40,451 nt of DNA. It comes from Cognaticolwellia sp. GTDB taxonomy: Bacteria; Myxococcota_A; UBA796; CAJQPC01. The stretch covers positions 1 through 40,451 of the forward strand of contig JBLHMA010000003.1 of NCBI GenBank assembly GCA_047621545.1. The letters are read 5' to 3'. Below are positions 26,139 to 35,522 of the stretch, in pieces (positions within the stretch are counted from its first letter, which is position 1; each line of letters begins with the position of its first letter). The translations under genes and the position numbers were made by a program. Under the pieces are notes generated by a model. The model searched no databases. It saw only the letters and a program-made list of their open reading frames with translations, and was not told the DNA's origin.

Positions 26139-27205
26139 TGTCCACCCTCCTGCTGCTGCAGGGTCCCGTCGACCACCCAGCTCTGCAGCCGAGCGTAGCG
26201 GGCCGGGGCCACTTCTTCTTTCTTGGCGTCCAACACGTTGGTGGACCAGCGGGTGGGCTGGATGCGCACCAACGGCAGGCCCGTGGCGGACATCAGGCGC
26301 ATGTGCTCTCGGTTCAGGGCGACCAAGAAGTCTCGCACGCTGTCTTCGGGGCCGGCCATCACGACGAGGCTCCACTGATGGCCCTTCCGCAGGCCTTCAA
26401 AGTGGCCGATACGCAGATAGTCCCCGGCTGCCCGTCCGCAGAGCTCCAGGCACAGCTTCATGAAGTGCTCGGGTTCCGCGGCGCCCTCGAACTCCCAGAT
26501 GGCGCCCTCGGGAAGATCAAAGTCTGGGTTGGGCTCTTTTGGGCTGGCTGCGGGCGCCATTTGGGTGGCCACGAGCGCTGCTTGGGTGGCCACGAGCGCT
26601 GCTTGGGTGGCCACGAGCGCTGCCTGATTGGCCACGGGCGCTGCTGGGTTGGCCAGGGTCGCTTCTTGAGCGGGCACTTGGGGAGTCTCTCCCTCTTGCC
26701 CCTCGGCTGGATCCTCCACAGCCAAAGCCAGCTCCCTTTCCACGCCTGCGGCCGGCGCCGCCGGGGCCTCGGTTCGCGCAGTGTCGAGCTGCGCCCGCAG
26801 CAGGGAAACCGCCGCCGCATCGATGGCGCGGTTGGCGCGAAAGCGGGTCAGCTCCTCGCGCAACGCGATGACCCGTTCCAGGCTCATGTCGGACTCTATG
26901 CGGGCCTGTTTGGTCTGGGTCTCGGCTCGTGCAGCGTGGGTCTGGGCAAGATCTCGCTGCGCCTCCGCCTCGAGCTGCCGGGCTTCTGCGGCCTGCGCCC
27001 GGGCTTGGGCTTGGGCTTGGGCTTCTTGGGCAGCCAAGAGCTCGGTCTGCTCCACGGGTCGTACAGCCTGAAGTTCCGCCCTTAGGGCGCGCAGGTGGCC
27101 TCGAAGCTGGCGGGCCTCCTCTCGGGCCCGGTCGCGCTCACCGGTACATAGGCTCAGCGCGCGGCGCGCTTCTTGGAGCTGGAGCTTGTTGAGGTCCTCG
27201 GACAT
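26135..27205 (-). CDS. Hypothetical coiled-coil protein with low-complexity linker and small C-terminal domain
   Basis: 356-aa ORF with an A/E/Q/R-rich N-terminus, coupled to the ligase gene. Confidence 0.6.
   Translation of the reverse strand: MSEDLNKLQLQEARRALSLCTGERDRAREEARQLRGHLRALRAELQAVRPVEQTELLAAQEAQAQAQARAQAAEARQLEAEAQRDLAQTHAARAETQTKQARIESDMSLERVIALREELTRFRANRAIDAAAVSLLRAQLDTARTEAPAAPAAGVERELALAVEDPAEGQEGETPQVPAQEATLANPAAPVANQAALVATQAALVATQAALVATQMAPAASPKEPNPDFDLPEGAIWEFEGAAEPEHFMKLCLELCGRAAGDYLRIGHFEGLRKGHQWSLVVMAGPEDSVRDFLVALNREHMRLMSATGLPLVRIQPTRWSTNVLDAKKEEVAPARYARLQSWVVDGTLQQQEGGQ
26561..26644 (-). repeat. In-frame 21-bp tandem repeat (AALVATQ) x3 plus one degenerate copy
   Basis: TTGGGTGGCCACGAGCGCTGC at 26561, 26582 and 26603. 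Confidence 0.9.
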
Positions 27206-27268
27206 GCACGCAGTCTACGCTGGTAGAGCGTTGGGTTCACGGCTGGGGGAGTAGATTCCCCCAAACGC

Positions 27269-27311
27269 AGAACGCGCCTAAGCGGTGGTTTGGCCCGCTT
27301 AGGCGCGTTCT
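27269..27311. terminator. 17-bp inverted repeat downstream of the transporter gene (terminator or REP-like)
   Basis: AGAACGCGCCTAAGCGG ... CCGCTTAGGCGCGTTCT. U-tract is weak. Confidence 0.5.
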
Positions 27312-27349
27312 TCAGGACCGTCTTGAGCCTCTCGGCCAAGAGCAAAAAC

Positions 27350-29056
27350 CTAGGACAGGTCGCGGCCTTGGATCCACTTGCCGTAAACGGCGATGAGGAT
27401 GGCGCTGATCACGCCGATGACACCCATGATGTCCCAGACCATCGAGACGCTGTGTGAGGCGTAGAGCTCGGCGGTAATGGGGTTGGCGGTCGCGTTGAAT
27501 AGGGTCTCGAGGTGGAGGCCAGCAGTCGCCAACAGGTCTGTTGCGACCTGCTCGTCCAGGCCAGCAGCAGCGATGTCCTTTGGAGAGGCATCGTGCAGCT
27601 GCCAGGGAGTGATTCCAGCAGAGCTGAGCTTAGAGGCAGCTTCGCTAGTCACCCCGGGTAGCTCCGTGAGTGCCAAGTCTCCGATGCGGCTGTGCACCAA
27701 GGTGTCAAAGGCCGCGCCCTCGGGGATGGCTTCGATGGCGGCCTGGGTCATGCCATCGGTGCCCATGACCTCGCGGGAGAACTTCTCCTTGGAGGCGTAG
27801 TAGCCGTAAAGCTCGGGGCCCAACTTGCCTTCCAAGGTCCAGCCAATCGCTAGGGGAATCTGAGAGAAGCCCAGGTACATCGCCTTCTTGGAAGGAGGGG
27901 CGATGTTGCCGATGAACTCGCCCGTCTTGGGGGAAGACAGCATCTCGCCGATGCTGAAGAAGGCAATACCGCCCAAGCACATCCAGCCAGTGGTGGTGTG
28001 ACCGATCATGAAGATCGCGCCGGTGGCAGCCAGGGCGCCGATGACCATGGAGGTGGTCGGGCGCACCATTCCGCTTAGCCAACCAAAGAAGAAGCAGCTC
28101 AGCATGATCAGCATCGCGTTGACGTTGAGCATGCCTTCCGGCTGGATCTGGGTGCCGTACTGGTTGGTGACGATGAAGAAGTTCACGATGGCGTTGTCGG
28201 AGCCGCCCTCGCCGAACAGGCTGGTGACGATATCGCCGGTCCAGACCCACTCTTCAATGTAGATGGGCAACACGTCAAAGAGCGCGTTGAACATGAACCA
28301 AAAGCCCGAGAGCAGCAGCAGAAAGGTCCAGAGGTGGGGCTTGGAGAGCTCCTTGAGGCTGTCTGTGAAGAGGTTCTCCTCAGTGCCTTCGGCCTTGTTC
28401 TTGGCAATCTCGGCTTCGCGCTCGGCCTTTCCGGGCTCTTTGTACATGAGCAAGAAGATGAAGTTGAAGGCGATGATTCCAGCGCAGGACAGGAAGACCC
28501 ACTTCCAGTCCATCTTGCGCATGTAGCCAGCCAGCAGCGGGCCCATGAAACCGCCGATGTTGACGGTCTGGTAGAAGATTCCCCAGGCGACGGAGGAGTT
28601 TTCAGGCCTGGTCGCTTTGACCAGGGTGCCCTGGATACCGGGCTTGAAGACCGCGGTACCGATGGCCAGCAGGATGGCACCGGCAAAGAAGCCGCCGTAG
28701 CTGGCGAATGCGAACATCACCAGGTAGCCCAGGATCTTGATGACCGTGGACGCCGCGATGGTCTTCTTGTAGCCCCAGCGGTCCGAGATTCCGCCAGTAA
28801 ACACCGGCAGGATGGACTGCACCAGAGCCCAGATGAAGAGCAGGTTGCCGTACTGGGACATGTTGATGCCCAGGCCGCCCTTGGACACGGGGTCCTTGGC
28901 GTAGAGCCCGACCACGGCCTTGACGCCGTAGAAGGCCAGGCGCTCGACCATCTCCATGCCGCCTACGATCCAGAAAACGTAGGAGAGGGAACCAATGGCC
29001 GCGAACAGCCCTAGCTGCTTGACCTGTTCCTGAGAATTGTTCGTCTCGGTCGCCAC
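27350..29056 (-). CDS. MFS transporter, POT/peptide family, with a large inserted loop
   Basis: EMVERLAFYG (ExxERxxxYG), G.ISDRWG, FKPGI and FYQTVNIG. GTG at 29056 after GGAG. Confidence 0.88.
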   Translation of the reverse strand: MATETNNSQEQVKQLGLFAAIGSLSYVFWIVGGMEMVERLAFYGVKAVVGLYAKDPVSKGGLGINMSQYGNLLFIWALVQSILPVFTGGISDRWGYKKTIAASTVIKILGYLVMFAFASYGGFFAGAILLAIGTAVFKPGIQGTLVKATRPENSSVAWGIFYQTVNIGGFMGPLLAGYMRKMDWKWVFLSCAGIIAFNFIFLLMYKEPGKAEREAEIAKNKAEGTEENLFTDSLKELSKPHLWTFLLLLSGFWFMFNALFDVLPIYIEEWVWTGDIVTSLFGEGGSDNAIVNFFIVTNQYGTQIQPEGMLNVNAMLIMLSCFFFGWLSGMVRPTTSMVIGALAATGAIFMIGHTTTGWMCLGGIAFFSIGEMLSSPKTGEFIGNIAPPSKKAMYLGFSQIPLAIGWTLEGKLGPELYGYYASKEKFSREVMGTDGMTQAAIEAIPEGAAFDTLVHSRIGDLALTELPGVTSEAASKLSSAGITPWQLHDASPKDIAAAGLDEQVATDLLATAGLHLETLFNATANPITAELYASHSVSMVWDIMGVIGVISAILIAVYGKWIQGRDLS

Positions 29057-29242
29057 GGGCGCTCCAGTCTGTAGGCCAAAAGGCGGCAGACGGTAGCGCA
29101 AAGTCTCGCTGGTGTCGATGTATAGCGAGCGGCGGCCTCTGCTCGATGTCCTTCCGCTTGCCACGGCCGTGTCTGCAGGGCGGTGCAGCGATTCCACCTT
29201 GGGGAGCGCCGCTTGTGCTCGGCGCTGCGCTATCATCTGGCC

Positions 29243-30544
29243 TTGGCACCCGCTCGCTCGCCCCTGAGAACGTCCCTGCTCAGCTTGGTTCTGGTGGTTC
29301 TCCTTGCTGTCCTGGCCCTCCGCTCCGATGGCCAGCGGCTGCGCGCGTGGGTCTCCGGACCGGTGGACCCGGTGCGCCCGACGGTCGTGTTGATCGTGCT
29401 GGACACCTTCCGCGCCGACTGGCCCTCGGTGTGCGGTGGCCCCGTTCCGACGCCCACCTTGGAGGAACTCGCGGCTCGCCAACAAGGCCATTTCAGCTGC
29501 AACGCGGTCACCCCTGGGGCGTGGACGCTACCCAGCCACGCCAGCTACTTTACTGGAAAGCCTGTCCTGGAGCACGGGGCCCACAGCGCGAGCGGACACG
29601 GAGCAACCTTCTGGCCCCCCGCGGTGCCCTTGGATGGGCGGCACGCCACCTTGGCGGAGGAGTATGGGGCCTTGGGCTACCAGAGCGTCTCGCTTTCGGG
29701 CAACCCCTTGCTCGCAGAGGCGACGGGCCTAAACCGTGGTTTTGAGAAAAGCTTTGCGCCCGAGGCCTTCTTTTTGGAGGGGCAGGACTGGCTCGCGAGG
29801 CTCGACGGCATTCTCTTGGCTCTTGACCCCGAGCGCCCGCTCTTTTTGGTGCTCAACCTGAGCGACGCGCACTCGCCTTGGGAGGCCATACCAGCTGGGC
29901 AGAGCTGGATTTCGCCGCTCCCTGCCCCCACCCAGCGCTGGGAGGGCTTCTACCCTGGACCCGGTGAGACCGATGTGCTGGAGGACTACGCTATGAGCTA
30001 CCAGTGGGGCATGCACCGGGCCGACCGTAGCTTGGGGCAGGCCTTGAAGCGTCTCGAAGCGAGCGGCTGGTACCTGCCGGGCCGAGACCGTCTCGCGTTG
30101 ACCACCGACCACGGTGAGGTCTTCGGCGAAGAAGGCTTCTTGGGGCACACCGGGTCCTTGCTGCAGTCCAACGTGGGAGGGCTGCTCTACGTTGAGGGAG
30201 TGGACATTCCGAACCTGCCCGATCCGGTGTCTGCCATGGAGGTGCACCCCCTGCTGCAACACGGCGCGCTCGGCGGACTCCCGGTGGAGTCGATCGCGAT
30301 GCCCGCGCAGCACCTGACCCGCGTCTCGGACGGTGCCGTGGGGCACGAGGTCTGGTTGGGACACTGGGAGGGGGGCGGCCGGTGGATCTGGCGAGATGGG
30401 GAAGTCAGCTTGAACGGCCGGACAGTGGACGAGAGAGGTCCCCTGAAGCCCTTGATCACCAGTTTCCAAGCCTACGCGCCAAACACGGAGATGGACGGCC
30501 CGGCCTTGGAGGCCATGCTGAAGGCCGCTGGTTACTTGGAGTAG
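29243..30544 (+). CDS. Membrane-anchored sulfatase-like hydrolase/transferase (alkaline phosphatase superfamily)
   Basis: VVLIVLDTFRAD, WTLPSHASYFTG, DAHSPW and TTDHGE..GE.G..GH, after an N-terminal TM helix. Start uncertain. Confidence 0.8.
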   Translation: MAPARSPLRTSLLSLVLVVLLAVLALRSDGQRLRAWVSGPVDPVRPTVVLIVLDTFRADWPSVCGGPVPTPTLEELAARQQGHFSCNAVTPGAWTLPSHASYFTGKPVLEHGAHSASGHGATFWPPAVPLDGRHATLAEEYGALGYQSVSLSGNPLLAEATGLNRGFEKSFAPEAFFLEGQDWLARLDGILLALDPERPLFLVLNLSDAHSPWEAIPAGQSWISPLPAPTQRWEGFYPGPGETDVLEDYAMSYQWGMHRADRSLGQALKRLEASGWYLPGRDRLALTTDHGEVFGEEGFLGHTGSLLQSNVGGLLYVEGVDIPNLPDPVSAMEVHPLLQHGALGGLPVESIAMPAQHLTRVSDGAVGHEVWLGHWEGGGRWIWRDGEVSLNGRTVDERGPLKPLITSFQAYAPNTEMDGPALEAMLKAAGYLE

Positions 30545-30669
30545 GGTTCCACTACCTGATTTCAATGGTTTAGCTGGTATAAACTGGCCCTGGACGTCTC
30601 CTGTCGGCTCCGCGGGGGTACAGTACCCGAGCGTTGTGAACCGTCAGGAGACGTCCTGCGGCTAGATGC

Positions 30670-31397
30670 GTGCGGGATCTGGTCTCTTGGGGCTTGGTGC
30701 GCCAGGTGGTCGTACGCGGGGAGCGCAAGCAGTTCTTCGTGGCCGAGAAGGAGCCCTGGAAGGTCTTCGTGACCATCCTTCGGGAGCACCGCGAGATTGA
30801 CCCGGCCGTGGACACCTTGGGCAGCGCGCTGGCTTTTGCCGGGCCTTGGAGTCCGGCGCCCATTGCAGCGTCCGCAGGTCTTGCAGCCATTGGGTTGTGC
30901 TGCGGACACAGCGTCGGGCTCCATCGCCTGCTCATCCACGGGTCCTTTCAAGCGCCCGCTTGGCTCGAGCGAGGTCTGGTTTGGCTCGCCGTCCTGTGCG
31001 GTCTGGGCGGCCCCCTCTCGCTGCTTCGGCACCATGAAGTGCGGGACTGGGCGCAGCGCAAGCCGCAATCCCACCCTTGGTTTGGCCACGCCATGCCTTT
31101 TGCCCAGGACCTGTGGTGGCAGCTGGTGGGCCACGTCTCCTTAAAGAAGGCTCCGAAGATTCAGGTGGAGGCCTGGATACAGCAAGACCCCTTCTACCGC
31201 TGGTTGGAGCGCTACTGGCTGCTCCAGCAGCTGCCCCTGGCGCTGTTGGCCTACGCCTTTGGCGGTCTGGAGTGGCTGCTCTGGATGGTTCCCGCATGGG
31301 TTTTGGGTGGCAGGTGGATGCTGGCTGGCTGTTCATCCGAGGGCTGATGGCGCTCGGCTTGGCAGAGGAGGTGCGTTTGCCGGGCAAAGGCGCTTGA
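30670..31397 (+). pseudogene. Degraded GbsR/MarR-regulator fragment fused to an internally deleted acyl-CoA desaturase
   Basis: RDLVSWGLV...GERKQFFVAEKEPW is a GbsR-like wHTH C-half, joined to desaturase GHSVGLHRLLIH...HEVRDWAQ. The desaturase C-terminus (WQVDAGWLFIRGL.ALGLA) is in another frame and the third His box is missing. Confidence 0.7.
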
Positions 31398-31420
31398 GAG
31401 CCAAGCAGCCTGGGCCCGAT

Positions 31421-32980
31421 TTACTGCTGAACCTGCACAACCCCAGCGATGTTCTCCGGGCCAATGCTGATCACCAGGCTCCCCGTCGCCCCCTTGGGCA
31501 GCGTGTCATTGGCCAGGATCTCCAGGCCACCCAGGCGCCGAACCGTGTCGATGTTCATCACGCTCTTCAGGGCCGGGTTGCCGATCACACGGAGGGTGCC
31601 GCCGACTTGAACGAGCCCATCCAGACCTCGTAGGGAGATCATGCGCTCGTTGTCCTGAATGGTCACCCCTTGGTCCACCCACGCCAGGTGTTCCAGGCCA
31701 GCCAGGTTGCTCAGCTTCTTGTTCCCAATCACCTTGAGAGAGCCCACCCGGACCAAGCCCTCCAAGCCGATGTCGATCAAGGTCGGATTGGCCGAAATCT
31801 CGAGCCGCTCGACAAAGAGCAGCTTCTTCGCTCCGCCCGCACTGAGCAGGGCGGCGTTGTCCTGAAGCACCAAGGCGCCCACGCGGGTCAAGCTGGAGAG
31901 TCCACTCAGGTTGCGCAGGCTGTTCTCGCCTTGAATCCTTAGCTCTCCGTCCACCCGGGTCAGCTGCTCAGCGCCCATCAACGAGCTCAGGCCGTTGTCC
32001 CGAAGGAGTACGCCGCCGCTCACGCTCACCAGTGACCCCAGGCCGGCCAAGCTGACCACCCGAGGATTGCCCATCATCACCCACTCGCCCCCTACGGCGA
32101 CCAGCTTGTCCAGTCCGCGAAGGGTGCGAAGTCCACGGTTGTCCTGGAGTACCAGGGTGCCGGTGCTCTGCAGTGCGCCAAGTCCCGCGAGCTCCCCCAG
32201 GCTGGGATTGTCGGTGATGTAGAGCCCATCTGGCAGCGCGGAGATCCCATCCACCCCGGCCAGGCTCAGTAGGCTGGTGTTGCCGCTCACCTGCAGTCCG
32301 GTCGCGCTGTGAACGCCCCCCAGACCGGCCAGGGACAGCAAGGCCCCGTTCCCTTCGATGTCGATCTGCTTGAGCGCAGGTACCTGATCCAAACCGCTCA
32401 GGCTCCGCAGGGCGTCGTTGTCCACCACCCGCAGGTTGCCGCCGACACTCTTGAGTCCGCTCAGGCCGCTCAGGTCGCTCACCGCACTGAGGCGCACCAG
32501 CTCCAGGTTTCCGCTCACCGATTCCAAGCAGCTCAGCGTGCTCAGGTCCTGCACCCCCAGCCCCACCAAGCGCAGATCCCCCTTGACCGCGTTGTAGTCC
32601 AGGGCCCAGGTCTCCATCGCCTCGGTGCTCGAAAACACCAGATCGCCGACGAAGGGTCCGAGCTGGGCGCAGGGATCGTCCTCCTCAAGGCCTGGGTCCC
32701 CAGAGTCCAGAAATCCTGTGTCTCCGGAGTCCAGAAATCCCGTGTCCCCGCTGTCGAGGCCAGTCTCCCCAGAGTCCAAAAACCCCGTGTCCCCACTGTC
32801 GGAACCACTGTCCTGGGGGCCGGTGTCAGAACCACTGTCCTGGGGGCCGGTGTCCGGAGGACCGCTGTCTTTCAGCAACCCGCTGTCCAAGATCTCTTCA
32901 ATCACCCCTTCCTGCGCCAGCGCCGCTCCGGTAGCGGTCGCCACCATCAACAGTCCCAGCGCCAAGAAGCGGTTCTTCAT
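31421..32980 (-). CDS. Secreted receptor-L-domain/LRR-like repeat protein with DSG/DTG acidic linker
   Basis: Signal peptide. Repeats of L..L.GL..L..VGG.L.I..N. DSGDTGFL and DTGPQDSGS repeats. Confidence 0.8.
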   Translation of the reverse strand: MKNRFLALGLLMVATATGAALAQEGVIEEILDSGLLKDSGPPDTGPQDSGSDTGPQDSGSDSGDTGFLDSGETGLDSGDTGFLDSGDTGFLDSGDPGLEEDDPCAQLGPFVGDLVFSSTEAMETWALDYNAVKGDLRLVGLGVQDLSTLSCLESVSGNLELVRLSAVSDLSGLSGLKSVGGNLRVVDNDALRSLSGLDQVPALKQIDIEGNGALLSLAGLGGVHSATGLQVSGNTSLLSLAGVDGISALPDGLYITDNPSLGELAGLGALQSTGTLVLQDNRGLRTLRGLDKLVAVGGEWVMMGNPRVVSLAGLGSLVSVSGGVLLRDNGLSSLMGAEQLTRVDGELRIQGENSLRNLSGLSSLTRVGALVLQDNAALLSAGGAKKLLFVERLEISANPTLIDIGLEGLVRVGSLKVIGNKKLSNLAGLEHLAWVDQGVTIQDNERMISLRGLDGLVQVGGTLRVIGNPALKSVMNIDTVRRLGGLEILANDTLPKGATGSLVISIGPENIAGVVQVQQ

Positions 32981-33603
32981 GCTGGGTTCAGCCGCAGAAT
33001 GTCCAGGTGGGAGGACAGCTCGACAGGCAGAGGCGCACGCACGGGATCACTCCCAGCGATGCTCAGAGCGGCGGCGTGTAGCCAGAGGCGCTCGGGCGCG
33101 CTTGGGTCCTTGATTCCCAGGTTCCGGCGGTAGCGGGCATCGCCCACGATGGGGTGCCGGATGCCGTGCAGGTGCACGCGCAGCTGATGCTTTCGCCCAG
33201 TCTGGGGAGTCAGCTCCAGCAAGCTCACGCAACCTCCTTCCACGTTGTAGACACCCATCAAACGCACTTGGGTGACCGCATCCTTGCCATCGATCTTCTC
33301 TTCGATCTTCCCGATGGGCCGTACACGTCCGTATACGAGCGCTAGGTAGGTCTTCTTGCAATGGCCGGCTTCAAAAGAAGACGCGACGCGGCTGCGCGCG
33401 TTCCGGCGGCCCACCACCAGAATGCCCGAGGTCGGCTTGTCCAAGCGGTGCGCCGGGCGCATGCCGTTGAGCAGCTTGCCCTGGGTGTCCAGCCAAGTCA
33501 CGACGTCGATACCGCCCTCGGCCGTGGGATGGGTGTTCCAGCCGGCGGGCTTGTAGAGCCAAGCCAGGCCGTCGCGATGGGTAATCAGGCGGGGGGTTTC
33601 CAT
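32977..33603 (-). CDS. RluA-family RNA pseudouridine synthase
   Basis: KPAG, HRLDKPTSG, KTYLALV, TGRKHQLRVH, HPIVGD..Y and LHA. Confidence 0.92.
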   Translation of the reverse strand: METPRLITHRDGLAWLYKPAGWNTHPTAEGGIDVVTWLDTQGKLLNGMRPAHRLDKPTSGILVVGRRNARSRVASSFEAGHCKKTYLALVYGRVRPIGKIEEKIDGKDAVTQVRLMGVYNVEGGCVSLLELTPQTGRKHQLRVHLHGIRHPIVGDARYRRNLGIKDPSAPERLWLHAAALSIAGSDPVRAPLPVELSSHLDILRLNPA

Positions 33604-33654
33604 TGGGCGTCCCTATCTCTCAACAGGGGTGCCCGCTGGTCAAAGGTGCGCAGC

Positions 33655-34617
33655 TCATTGATCCCAAGGTGGATTTGGGTCATTGCAGTGGTCTTCCGGG
33701 TCCCAGTAGTCTGGGAAGAGCCAAGTATTACAGCCCCAGCAGCGCACATCGCCTTCGGTCGTCACCCCGCAGGTGTGCCAGAGGTTGGCGTCGATGGAGA
33801 CGAAAGTCTCGTCCTCGGGAACATCGAGCTGCCAGCGGTAGGGCTCCTCGCCGTCGGGGTCTATGGCCCCCCAGCAGTGGACCTTGCCGTCGGGATCCAG
33901 GGCGCAGCCGTGGTAGGAGCCAAAGGCCAGATCGATGATCTCGATGTCGGTGGGGATATCGCCTTCGCCAAGTGAGTTTCTTCCCCACCAGCGCCAGCTA
34001 CCGTCCTGGGCTCGTGCTGCGAAGCCCATTGTCCCAGCCCGCAAGTCGGTGAATACGCCCGTAGGTGCAGAGCTTCCTGTCCCGTTTTTGCCCCAGCAGT
34101 GAATCGTCCCCGTAGCGTCCAGTCCACAGAGCGATGAGCTGTGTGCTCCGACAATAGAGCTTGGGATAACACCGGACCCAGCTGGGATTTCACCGTCCGG
34201 CTCCATTGACCAACACGTCGAAGAGCCTGAGGCGTCGACGGCGCAAGCACCCCACAGGTCTGCATACAACTCTTCAAACTCTCCGCTAGGTTCATCGGCG
34301 ATGATGTCACTGCTGGGATTGCCCCAGCAATGGACCTTCTTTTTCTCGGTGAGTCCACAAGCGGCATAGCCGCCCGCGAGTACTTTCGTGAAGACGCCTT
34401 CTGTGTCCATCTCATTGGCGATCTCGCGTGCCTCGGCGCGCTCGTAGTCCTCGCACCAAACGTGGCCCTTGGTGCTCAGAAGACAGTTGAAGCTGCCTCC
34501 CGCGATGACTCGGGCAGTCGTCTCCGCCGGACTCACATCCTCAACCTCAGAGCAGCCCAAGCCACCCCAGAGAATCAGGGCGGCGAACCCAAACAGCGCT
34601 GGGGTGGCCCGAGTCAT
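33655..34617 (-). CDS. RCC1/BLIP-II-like repeat lipoprotein (paralog A)
   Basis: ATG at 34617 overlaps the upstream stop. LG-C lipobox and repeated CGL....VHCWG motifs. Confidence 0.75.
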   Translation of the reverse strand: MTRATPALFGFAALILWGGLGCSEVEDVSPAETTARVIAGGSFNCLLSTKGHVWCEDYERAEAREIANEMDTEGVFTKVLAGGYAACGLTEKKKVHCWGNPSSDIIADEPSGEFEELYADLWGACAVDASGSSTCWSMEPDGEIPAGSGVIPSSIVGAHSSSLCGLDATGTIHCWGKNGTGSSAPTGVFTDLRAGTMGFAARAQDGSWRWWGRNSLGEGDIPTDIEIIDLAFGSYHGCALDPDGKVHCWGAIDPDGEEPYRWQLDVPEDETFVSIDANLWHTCGVTTEGDVRCWGCNTWLFPDYWDPEDHCNDPNPPWDQ

Positions 34618-35522
34618 TGATCCCAAGGGGGAACGGGGTCGTTGCAGTGGTCTTCCGGGTCCCAGTAGTCTGGGAAGCGCCAGGTATTACAGCCCCAGCA
34701 ACGCACATCGCCTTCCGTGGTCACCCCGCAGGTGTGCCAGAGGTTGGCGTCGATGGAGACGAAAGTCTCGTCTTGGGGCACGTCGAGCTGCCAGCGGTAG
34801 GGCTCCTCGCCGTGGTCTATGGCCCCCCAACAGTGGACCTTGCCGTTGGGGTCCAGGGCGCAGCCATGATAGATACCGAAGGTCAAGTCTTCGACCTCCA
34901 ACTCGTTGGGGATGTCTCCCACGCCAAACTGGTTGAAGCCCCAGTAGACCCAGCGTCCGGAGTCCGTCCGCCCGGCGAATCCGAGGGGGGCGTCGACGAG
35001 TTCTACGAAGGTCCCTGATGGTGGAGGGCCCATGTCGCTCAGCCCGGCACCCCAACAGTGGACCTGCCCTTCAAGGTCCAGACCGCACAGCGTCGTGTCT
35101 GCGCCAACGATCGTGTTCGGCAAGATGCCTTGTCCCTTCGGGAGTTCGCCGCCCGCCTGCATCGACCAACAGGTGGAAGCTTCGTCAGGGTGGATCACGC
35201 ATGCGCCCCACCGGTCTGCGTAGAGTGCTTCCACGGTGCCGGCAGGCACACTGGTGACAAGTTCACTGCTGGGATTTCCCCAGCAGTGGACCGTGTTGTC
35301 GGCAGTCAGTCCGCAAGCTGCGTACGCACCAGCCAAGACCTCCTTGAACACGGTCTCGGTGTCCATCTGGTTCGCGATCTCTCGCGCCTCAGCGCGCTCG
35401 TAGTCCTCGCACCAGACCTTGCCCTTGGTGCTTAGGAGACAGTTGAAGCTGCCTCCTGCGATGACCCTCTCGGTTTGTTCCTTCTGGCCACAACCGGCCA
35501 TAGTGAGAGCGAGAATCAACAT
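34614..35522 (-). CDS. RCC1/BLIP-II-like repeat lipoprotein (paralog B)
   Basis: ATG at 35522 in a TAATG overlap (GTG at 35558 is an alternative). MAG-C lipobox and VHCWG repeats. Confidence 0.75.
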   Translation of the reverse strand: MLILALTMAGCGQKEQTERVIAGGSFNCLLSTKGKVWCEDYERAEAREIANQMDTETVFKEVLAGAYAACGLTADNTVHCWGNPSSELVTSVPAGTVEALYADRWGACVIHPDEASTCWSMQAGGELPKGQGILPNTIVGADTTLCGLDLEGQVHCWGAGLSDMGPPPSGTFVELVDAPLGFAGRTDSGRWVYWGFNQFGVGDIPNELEVEDLTFGIYHGCALDPNGKVHCWGAIDHGEEPYRWQLDVPQDETFVSIDANLWHTCGVTTEGDVRCWGCNTWRFPDYWDPEDHCNDPVPPWDQ

